NCBI GenBank assembly: GCA_964555935.1
Contig: CAZKUN010000018.1
Span: forward strand, 1 to 53,838
From: an uncultured Armatimonadia bacterium
Lineage (GTDB): Bacteria > Armatimonadota > Zipacnadia > Zipacnadales > VGFC01
Length of the DNA: 53,838 bases
Reading direction: 5' to 3'
Under the pieces are notes generated by a model, which saw only the letters and a list, made by a program, of their open reading frames with translations, did no database searches and was not told where the DNA came from. A program made the position numbers and the translations under genes. The first letter of the stretch is position 1. The number at the start of each line of letters is the position of its first letter. This document shows, piece after piece, positions 19,226 to 26,810 of the stretch.

Positions 19226-19786
19226 CTACTTGAACGCGCTCAGGTCGACGGTGACTGTTTCGGGCACGATGGTGATCACCTCAACGCGCTTGTCCTTGGC
19301 GGACACGCCAGGGATGGTGCAGTGGCCCGCGGCGTACAGCGTGTAGCTCGTGATGACGGGGTTCTTCAGCGTGAACTTCCCGCAAGGGGCTCCGGGTCTC
19401 GCGTCGGACTCGCAGATACCGACCTCCGATCCCACGCAATCGCGCATCTCCAAGTCCCTCTCGTCGCGGAAGAGCTTGAGGAACATCAGGCTGCCCTCAT
19501 CGGAAACCCACACGCACTTGAAGCCCTCGTAGTCCGCCGTCGGCGTGTAGGTGAACTTCCCGCCCTTTGCGCTCGCCCCGCCAAGCAAGTCCTGGCCGCT
19601 GGGGATGCCTGGGATGTTGTGCTCGATCGTCTCGCACTTCAGGCTTGCGTAACTTGGGGCGCCCTGGTCCTCGGAGAAGCACCAGATGAACTTCGCCTCG
19701 CGGTCGGCGACCGCGTGGGCGGATGCCAGTACAGTTGCCAGCACGACAAGTGCGGCCACGGTCACGAGGCTTGGGCTGCGCATCAT
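19226..19786 (-). CDS. Hypothetical secreted Cys-containing protein, ~186 aa
   Basis: AGAGGGA RBS; hydrophobic signal peptide ending AHA; seven Cys in the mature part; no family recognised. Confidence 0.7.
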   Translation of the reverse strand: MMRSPSLVTVAALVVLATVLASAHAVADREAKFIWCFSEDQGAPSYASLKCETIEHNIPGIPSGQDLLGGASAKGGKFTYTPTADYEGFKCVWVSDEGSLMFLKLFRDERDLEMRDCVGSEVGICESDARPGAPCGKFTLKNPVITSYTLYAAGHCTIPGVSAKDKRVEVITIVPETVTVDLSAFK

Positions 19787-19861
19787 TGTCCCTCTCTGAA
19801 TCTGGTATTGCTAATCCAGTACAACCCCGGACCGCGCCCGGATACTCCCCTCTCACGCGAA

Positions 19862-19892
19862 ACAGCCGGGCCCCAAGATGGGGCCCGGCTGT
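19862..19892 (-). terminator. Intrinsic terminator-like hairpin after the HEAT-repeat gene
   Basis: Perfect 13-bp stem ACAGCCGGGCCCC / GGGGCCCGGCTGT with a 5-nt loop, about 25 nt past the stop; only a short U tail. Confidence 0.65.
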
Positions 19893-19917
19893 GGCGATGC
19901 TAACGACGAGAGCCAAG

Positions 19918-22900
19918 CTAGGGCGTTGACTGCTCCAGCACGAGTGGGTTGCCGCCGCGATCGGTGATCCTGACGCAGGCGGCCCAGCCTCCGCCGCCCT
20001 GCAGGACTTTGAGGAGGATCTGGTTCTTGCCAGCCCTGAGCCTCGCCTCCACGACATCCTGGTCGACGGCAGGGGGCCTGGCGGTCGGGTTCTCGTGGAT
20101 CAGCTCGCCGTTCAGCCAGCAGTAGATGTCGTCATCGCTCCCCATCTTCAGTAGGACGTCTTGCGCAGTGTCGGACGTGACCTCGGCGAACAGGAAGCAA
20201 CCGACATCGGTGAGACTGGCGACGGCGGCCTGGAGATCGAGGATGCCATCAGCGCTCTCCAGAGCCGTCCACTGCCAGCCGAAGTCCTCGTCGCCGACGG
20301 TGACGATCTCGGTGAGATCGAGGTTGGCGGCGTCGACGGCGTCTGTCTCGCGCTGATCCTCGCGACCGGGCAACGGCCCGAGCGTCCAGTAGCTGGTGAT
20401 GAACCCCTTGTCGGCGACGATGTCGGCGGGCGACTTGTCCCACTGCTGGACCAGGACGGGCTTGCCGTCACGGTCGGTAATGCGGACGCTGAGCGCCCAC
20501 TGGGCGCCGCCGTTGAGGACCTTGCAGAGGAGGCGGTTGTTCCCGGCCTCGATGCGGGCCTCGACGACATCGGCGTCAACGGACCAGCCGCGGTTCAGGA
20601 AGTTCTCGTGGACCTCTTCCCCGTTGAGCCAGCAAGCCAGGCCATCGTCGCTGCCGATCTTGAGCAGCACGTCCTGGGCCGCTTCGGCGTCGAACTCGAC
20701 GTAGCAGTAAGCGCCGACGTTGTCCTGGCGCGCGGCGGCTTTCTCGAGGTCGACGTGCCCCAGAGGATCGTCCGTGGGGCGGTGCTTCCACGCGGCGGAT
20801 TGATCGTCGCCGTAGTCGACGGAGCGCGCGACATTGACCGGCGCATCGGTGGGAAGAATGTCGTCCTTCCGGAGGGCATCGCGGTTGCTTACGGGCCCGA
20901 GGACCCAGTATTCGGTCAGGAAACCATCCTTCGCGCCGATCATGAGGGGCTTGCCGAGGGCCCGCATGCGCTGCGCGGCTCGGGCGATGGTCGCGCGGTC
21001 CGTGAGAAGCGCGATGCTACTCTCCAGGAGCGTCAACGCTTGCGTACCCTGGCCGCTATTGGCCAGCGTATCGGCGATCGCAACGACGGCGCCCGCGGCG
21101 GCCTTCTTAACTTCGTCGCTGCCTGTCTCCAACAGCGGCTGGACCTTGGGGAGCGAGTCGGGATCGCCCAGCGTGGCGAGGTACTGGAGCGCGACGCGCT
21201 TCTCGCCATCACCGGTCGCGAGGGCGAGGGCATCATGGTAGATGGCAAGCCCGGCAGGCTTGTCCTCCTCGGCGATCGCCTTGCCTATCTCCAGATACGC
21301 CTTCACCGCCGCTGACTTCTCGGCATCGCTTCCGTCGCGGGCGATTCCGAGGACGAGATCGGTGGATGATTCGTCGTGGAGCTTCGCGAGAGCGTCGAGC
21401 CCCGCAACGACGACTTCCTCCTCGAAGGAGCCGGCGGCATCGGTGAACAGGCCCACGAGTTCGGCATCGCCGCGCGCGCCGAGGGCTCGCAGGATAATGG
21501 CCTTTGCCTCAGGCGTGGCGGCGCGGTACTCGCCAAGGATCGCCATCGTCGCGCCCTCGGCGGTCATGCCCGTCAGAGCTGCCTTGGCCGCGTTCGATTC
21601 CTTCTCGCGATCTGACAGCGCGGCCGCGACGAGTTCGCCGGCGGCGGCCGATGTCTGGTGGCGGCCGAGCGCCTCGATGGCGGTAACGCGAACGTCTTCC
21701 AAGGGGTCATTCAGCAACTCGACGAGCTTGGCGTCAGTGGAGCGGCCCGTGTGGCGGCCGAGGGTGCGCGCGAGCATGATGGGGGTTGGGTCATCGGCGC
21801 CGTCGATGGCATCGACTATAGCGTCCGCCGCATCGCCACCGGGAATGCGTCCGAGGGTGGCTTCGGCTGACTTGCGGACGACTTCATCTTCATCCGCCAG
21901 CGCGGCGATGACGGCTCCGGCGCTGAGGGGATCGCGTAGCTTGCCGAGGGCGGTAAGCGCAGCGACTCTGATCTTCGCGTCATCGTCGGTCAGCGCTTCG
22001 GTCAGCACGGGGGTGGCGGCATCGTCGCCGCGCTCGCCCAATACCCAGATGAGGGCGACGCGCGGGTCGGTCTTGCCGGCTCCCGACGCGATCGCCACGG
22101 TTCCGGTGACGCCGGCCTCGTCGATCTCGGCGAGGGCATACTTCGCGACGCCGCGGATGTCGCGAGACCCCTGCTTGATGGCCGCGATGAGCCGCGAGGC
22201 GCCTGTGGCGCCCGCGATCTTGGCCCAGCCCTCAAGCCCGGCGCACTTCTCAATATCAGTCGGAAAACTGGTGAACACGCGGTCGAAGACGCGACGGGCT
22301 TCGGCATCCATTCCGGCGGCAAGCAGCGTTCCTCCGAGCCGGATGTAGGCATCGCGGGCGGACTCGCGCTCAGTCGCGCTGCCGGACTGAACGGCGGTCA
22401 TGATGATGGCCCCGACAGACGGATCGGCGATCTCGCCGAGGGCCTGGACAGCCACCATGCGGACGCCCGAGTCATCGTCGGTCATGAGGGCTTCAAGCGT
22501 GCGGATTGCAGCAGGATCGCCGTGACGCCCGAGCGCATCAGCGATTCCGGCCCTCAGCGTTGCGTCGGGGGTGTCGGCAGCTTCGGCCAGCGCGTCGAGC
22601 GACGCTTGCCCCGGAATCCGAGCCAGCGCGAACCGCGCCATGTCGCCAACGTCAGCGTCGCCGAGCAAGTCGGCGATTCCCGCTACCGAGCCTGCCTGCC
22701 CGATGAGGGCGAGCTGGCGCAGAGCATACTGGCGCGCGGGCACCGTGCCGGGCCCGATTGCCGCGCGGAGCAGCGCGGCCTCGGCCGTTGACCGGGTGAG
22801 GAAATCGGCGGCGGCATCGGGAGCCGTCAGATTCTGACAGAGGACGCCGACCGCGATCCTGGCGCCGGCGGCGAGGCGCTCATCGTCGCCGCCGACGAGG

Positions 22901-23079
22901 GCCATGAGTTCGGGCAGCACGTCCGGCCCGAGGGTCGCGAGTTCGCGCGCGGCCTCGAGGCGGACGTTTCCGTCGTCATCCGATAGACGGCCAATCAGCA
23001 CGTCGGCATCCTGAGCGAACGCGCAGGCGGAGGCCAGGAGCACGACCATGGTCACCGCGTATTTCATCATTCGGGTCAT
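19918..23079 (-). CDS. Secreted HEAT/PBS-lyase repeat protein with two C-terminal PA14-like domains, 1053 aa
   Basis: Signal peptide (AFA-QD); many L.D.D..VR..A..ALG repeats; duplicated domain YWxLGP...LLKxGSDD...WLNGE...N.xLxKV..G.G.W...VRITD. Confidence 0.85.
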   Translation of the reverse strand: MTRMMKYAVTMVVLLASACAFAQDADVLIGRLSDDDGNVRLEAARELATLGPDVLPELMALVGGDDERLAAGARIAVGVLCQNLTAPDAAADFLTRSTAEAALLRAAIGPGTVPARQYALRQLALIGQAGSVAGIADLLGDADVGDMARFALARIPGQASLDALAEAADTPDATLRAGIADALGRHGDPAAIRTLEALMTDDDSGVRMVAVQALGEIADPSVGAIIMTAVQSGSATERESARDAYIRLGGTLLAAGMDAEARRVFDRVFTSFPTDIEKCAGLEGWAKIAGATGASRLIAAIKQGSRDIRGVAKYALAEIDEAGVTGTVAIASGAGKTDPRVALIWVLGERGDDAATPVLTEALTDDDAKIRVAALTALGKLRDPLSAGAVIAALADEDEVVRKSAEATLGRIPGGDAADAIVDAIDGADDPTPIMLARTLGRHTGRSTDAKLVELLNDPLEDVRVTAIEALGRHQTSAAAGELVAAALSDREKESNAAKAALTGMTAEGATMAILGEYRAATPEAKAIILRALGARGDAELVGLFTDAAGSFEEEVVVAGLDALAKLHDESSTDLVLGIARDGSDAEKSAAVKAYLEIGKAIAEEDKPAGLAIYHDALALATGDGEKRVALQYLATLGDPDSLPKVQPLLETGSDEVKKAAAGAVVAIADTLANSGQGTQALTLLESSIALLTDRATIARAAQRMRALGKPLMIGAKDGFLTEYWVLGPVSNRDALRKDDILPTDAPVNVARSVDYGDDQSAAWKHRPTDDPLGHVDLEKAAARQDNVGAYCYVEFDAEAAQDVLLKIGSDDGLACWLNGEEVHENFLNRGWSVDADVVEARIEAGNNRLLCKVLNGGAQWALSVRITDRDGKPVLVQQWDKSPADIVADKGFITSYWTLGPLPGREDQRETDAVDAANLDLTEIVTVGDEDFGWQWTALESADGILDLQAAVASLTDVGCFLFAEVTSDTAQDVLLKMGSDDDIYCWLNGELIHENPTARPPAVDQDVVEARLRAGKNQILLKVLQGGGGWAACVRITDRGGNPLVLEQSTP

Positions 23080-23091
23080 TGGAAATCTCCT

Positions 23092-24345
23092 CTACAAATG
23101 CCACGGCGCGCGGTAGGGCTTGGAGAGCCACCGGTTGGCGTCAGGATCGTCGACAAACGCCTCGCTCACGGGGTCCCAGTCGAGCTTGCGCCCGGTGCGG
23201 AGGGCGATGTTGCCGAGGTGGCACACGCTGACGGAGCGGTGGCCGACCTCGACATCGCAGATGCAGCGCTCGCGGGACTTGATGCAATCGACCCAGTTCT
23301 GATGGTGGCTGCCGCTGAAGTAGAGCCGCTCATCGCCGGGACCGAACTGGTCGTTGCGGAGTTCTTTCGGCGAGGTCTCGATATCGCCGCGCGTCACCCA
23401 GACCCAACCATCATCGCCCTCGAAGGTAATGCCGAAGCGCCCGTCGGAGGAGCAGATGGCCTTCTGACCGGTCGCGTACGTGTAGGTGATCTCAAAACTC
23501 GTGGCGACGTCGTAGAGCCCCTCGGTCGGGAAGACGCCGCTGGCCTCGACGGAGGTCGGTCCGCTGCCATCCATCCCGAGGCCCCACTGGGCGATGTCGT
23601 TGTGGTGGGCGCCCCAGTCCGTCATCTTGCCGCCGGAGTAATCGTAGAACCAGCGGAAGTTGTAGGGGTGGCGGAGCTTGTTGAACGGGGCCTTCGGCGC
23701 GGGCCCGAGCCACATATCCCAATCGAGGCCCGGAGGCACGGGGGTATCGGGCTCGTACGTTCCGCCCGGCGCGCCACCGATGACGACGCGGACGGTGTGG
23801 ACCTTGCCGATCCGCCCGGCGTGAACCAACTCGCAGGCGAGCCGGAACTCCCAGCTCGAGCGCTGTTGGCTGCCGACCTGAAAGACGCGCCCGTAGCGCC
23901 GCACGGCATCGACCAGGCGCTTGCCTTCGTCGATGGTGAGCGTGAGCGGCTTTTCGCAGTAGACGTCCTTGCCGGACTGGCAAGCGTCGAGCGAGATCTT
24001 CGTGTGCCAGTGGTCGGGCGTGAGGACGAACACGGCATCGATGTCATCGCGATCGAGGACGTGGCGGTAGTCGTTGTACGCGTCACACCCCCCGCCCGCG
24101 CGGTTGTGGGCCGACTCGCGACGGTCGGTGTCGACGTCGCACACCGCCAGCACCTCAGTTCCCTGGTTGCCCAGCCCCCAGTTGAAGTGTCCGCCCGAGA
24201 TGCCGCCCATCCCGATGTAGCCGAGAGCCAGACGGTCGTTCGCGCCCATCGCGCGAGAGGGCACGAAGTAGGGCACGGACATCGCTGCCGCCCCGACCGC
24301 TGCTTTCTTGAGGAATTCCCTCCGGCCGTGCTTCTTGTCCATCAT
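23092..24345 (-). CDS. Tat-exported Gfo/Idh/MocA oxidoreductase, ~417 aa
   Basis: GRREFLK twin-arginine motif; IGMGG, TPDHWH, DVYCEKP, QVGSQQRS, DWDMWLGPAP, DWGAHH. Confidence 0.95.
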   Translation of the reverse strand: MMDKKHGRREFLKKAAVGAAAMSVPYFVPSRAMGANDRLALGYIGMGGISGGHFNWGLGNQGTEVLAVCDVDTDRRESAHNRAGGGCDAYNDYRHVLDRDDIDAVFVLTPDHWHTKISLDACQSGKDVYCEKPLTLTIDEGKRLVDAVRRYGRVFQVGSQQRSSWEFRLACELVHAGRIGKVHTVRVVIGGAPGGTYEPDTPVPPGLDWDMWLGPAPKAPFNKLRHPYNFRWFYDYSGGKMTDWGAHHNDIAQWGLGMDGSGPTSVEASGVFPTEGLYDVATSFEITYTYATGQKAICSSDGRFGITFEGDDGWVWVTRGDIETSPKELRNDQFGPGDERLYFSGSHHQNWVDCIKSRERCICDVEVGHRSVSVCHLGNIALRTGRKLDWDPVSEAFVDDPDANRWLSKPYRAPWHL

Positions 24346-24466
24346 TCACCTCACAGACGTATATCGACAGCCCGCCGGAAGAGCCAGGCGGGCGATGATT
24401 CCTGTCGGCTAGCGCCGCTCTGGGTTTTCCCCCATGGAGCGTGAAGTCCTCTAACGAACACGGCAG

Positions 24467-24556
24467 GCCGTCTGTAGGAGGGGTTTCAACCCCGACGCCG
24501 TGGCAGCGTTCGAGGATGAACGGATGGTCGGGGTTGAAACCCCTCCTACAGACGGC
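24467..24556. repeat. REPIN-like doublet: perfect 30-bp inverted repeat of a GTAG-type REP
   Basis: GCCGTCTGTAGGAGGGGTTTCAACCCCGAC (24467-24496) and its exact reverse complement (24527-24556) around a 30-nt spacer. Confidence 0.9.
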
Positions 24557-24566
24557 AACCTCCCGA

Positions 24567-26453
24567 TCACTCAATTGCCGGCGCGATCTGCAGTCGCCAT
24601 ACGTTCACGGCATGCCACTCATCCGGGTCCGCCGGGCGGAGGGTGATGTGGTACACGCCCGGTTTCTTCACGGTGGTCTCGCCCATGTTGGTCCAGGTTG
24701 CCTCTTCCCAATTGCCCGCTCTGGGGATCTCGCAGACCAGCGGCTTGCCGCAGCCTGAGAGCTGAAGCGTCGTCGCGCCCGACGCCGCCGCGAACTCTCC
24801 CCGGATCCAATACTTGCCCGCTTTCGGCGCGTTGAAGAGCCAGTGAACGCGCTCGTCGGCCCGGTCCCAGAAGCCGATGTTGACGCGCTCGGACTTGGTC
24901 TCCGTGTTGATCTGCGCGCCCTCGAGCGTGGCCTGTTCGGCGGTCAGCGTTGTTGCTCCGGGGAGCGCAAAGGCGACCTCGGCTGAGGGAGCGACATCGA
25001 AACCACTCAGCTTGAACGTGTAGGCGTGCTCGCACGGGAGCGAGGTCTCGGAAAGCTCGGGCGCGTCGATCGTCAGCCGGCCCGCATCGTCAATTGAGTA
25101 ATCCACCACGCCTCGGAAGCCGAGCAGAGAGACGCGCGCGTCACCCGTGTCCTCGACGACCAGATTCTCGGCGATCACGTCGGCGTCCGGCCAACCCAGG
25201 CAGATCATGTAGAGCGCGTCGTCTTTCGTGGTGAAGCGGATATCTTCGGCGGTGAAGTCGACCTGCCCCTGCGCGTGGCCGCCCAAGCCGCGACCCCGGT
25301 CGAATAGGTTCGGGCCCTCGCCGTGGATTGCCCAAGGCCGCGTCCCGTAGATCGCCTCGCCATTGACCCGCAGCCAATCACCGATCCCAATAAGCAACTT
25401 TTGCTGGTCATCGGGAATGCTGCCGTCGGCATGGGGCGCGACGTTCAACAGCAACACTCCATTCTTGCTGACGATGTCGATGAGTTCGTGGACGAGTTCC
25501 TCGGCGGGCTTGACGTTGAGATTCTCAACATGGCACCAGCTATTGGTGGAGACGGAGTCGTCGGTCTGCCAAAGAAAATCAGGCTTCTCCTCCATCTTCC
25601 CGCGCTCGATGTCGAGGACGCCGACGCCGTCGGGGAGATGGTCGCCCTTGCGGGTGATGATGACCGGTTTCCCCCACTCCCGCTCCTTGCCGTAGTAGTA
25701 CTGAGCCATGCGGGTTTTGTAGTCGTCGGGGATCTTCGCGAGGCCGAAGTCGAACCAGATCTGGTCGGGCTGGTAGGCGTCGATGACCTCGACGATCTTG
25801 GCCAGCCAGCGGTCGTGGGCTTCGGCCGGATCCTCAAACTTGCCGTAGAGATCGCCATACCGCGGATCGGCCGTGTCCCAGCCCTCCTCGGCGGCGTAGT
25901 AGCCCTGGATATTGAAGGCGTGGTGGAAGGATGTGATGATCTTGAGCCCGCGCTTGCGCAGGGCGGCGACGAGTTCGCCCGTAACGTCGCGGCGCGGTCC
26001 CATGTCGCCGACGTTCCAGCGATTCACATCGCTCGCCCACATGCTGAACCCGTCATGGTGCTCGGCGACGGGCCCGGCGAATTTGGCGCCGGAACGCTCG
26101 TACAGATCCGCCCACTCCTCGGCGTCGAAGCGGGGCGCGGTGAACATGGGGATGAAGTCCTTGTAGCCGAACTCGGAGGGGTCGCCCCAGTTGGCGAGGT
26201 GGTGCTTGTGGACGCCGCTCTTGCTCTGATACATGTTGCGGGCGTACCACTCAGAGCCGAAGGCAGGGACGCTGTAGGCGCCCCAGTGAGCGTAGATGCC
26301 GAACTTCGCGTCCGCGAACCACTCGGGCACGGGGTGCTTGCTGAGGGAATCCCACGTGGCATCGTAGGTCTTCGGTTGCTGGGCGAGGGCGCTCGAGGCC
26401 AGCAGACTCGCGCCGATGACGACGAGAAGGAGTGATCGCACGGGTCCGTGCAT
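24567..26453 (-). CDS. Alpha-L-fucosidase (GH29) with C-terminal CBM-like domain, 628 aa
   Basis: Signal peptide; PEWFADAKFGIYAHWG, AEHHDGF, QIWFD (nucleophile), DIVSKNGVLLLNV, NGEAIYGTRPW. Start placed at ATG 26453. Confidence 0.95.
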   Translation of the reverse strand: MHGPVRSLLLVVIGASLLASSALAQQPKTYDATWDSLSKHPVPEWFADAKFGIYAHWGAYSVPAFGSEWYARNMYQSKSGVHKHHLANWGDPSEFGYKDFIPMFTAPRFDAEEWADLYERSGAKFAGPVAEHHDGFSMWASDVNRWNVGDMGPRRDVTGELVAALRKRGLKIITSFHHAFNIQGYYAAEEGWDTADPRYGDLYGKFEDPAEAHDRWLAKIVEVIDAYQPDQIWFDFGLAKIPDDYKTRMAQYYYGKEREWGKPVIITRKGDHLPDGVGVLDIERGKMEEKPDFLWQTDDSVSTNSWCHVENLNVKPAEELVHELIDIVSKNGVLLLNVAPHADGSIPDDQQKLLIGIGDWLRVNGEAIYGTRPWAIHGEGPNLFDRGRGLGGHAQGQVDFTAEDIRFTTKDDALYMICLGWPDADVIAENLVVEDTGDARVSLLGFRGVVDYSIDDAGRLTIDAPELSETSLPCEHAYTFKLSGFDVAPSAEVAFALPGATTLTAEQATLEGAQINTETKSERVNIGFWDRADERVHWLFNAPKAGKYWIRGEFAAASGATTLQLSGCGKPLVCEIPRAGNWEEATWTNMGETTVKKPGVYHITLRPADPDEWHAVNVWRLQIAPAIE

Positions 26454-26521
26454 TGGTGTCCGCCTTTCGCGTGTCGTCTTGCGGCGATCACGTTTCGGCG
26501 GGCACGGGGCGCGCGCCTTCA

Positions 26522-26668
26522 TCAGGCCGGGGGGACGCGGGCCGGACGCATGAAGGCGGCGAGCATCCCCATGGCCACCAACGCGGCGAGGGCCACCAAA
26601 TGGGCCTGAGCGACGACGTCGACGATTCGGTAGAGGCTCCCGTCGAGGATTCCCGCGATCTCGTTCAT
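26522..26668 (-). CDS. Small membrane protein, 48 aa
   Basis: GGGAGA RBS next to ATG 26668; MNEIAGILDGSLYRIVDVVAQAHLVALAALVAMGMLAAFMRPARVPPA with one TM helix. Confidence 0.55.
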   Translation of the reverse strand: MNEIAGILDGSLYRIVDVVAQAHLVALAALVAMGMLAAFMRPARVPPA

Positions 26669-26758
26669 GTCTCCCAGCCCCTCTCGTGAGGTGTTCCTTA
26701 CGAGAGCATTCCACCGAGAGGCGATTCGGATGGGGGCCGCGCGGCCCAATCGAGTCGA

Positions 26759-26788
26759 AAGGCGGTCCCATTCCTTTGGGACCGCCTT
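26759..26788 (-). terminator. Intrinsic terminator-like hairpin after the DUF2339 gene
   Basis: 12-bp stem AAGGCGGTCCCA / TGGGACCGCCTT, 6-nt loop, ends TTT on the minus strand. Confidence 0.65.
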
Positions 26789-26810
26789 GGTTGGCAGGTG
26801 ACAGGCGGGT

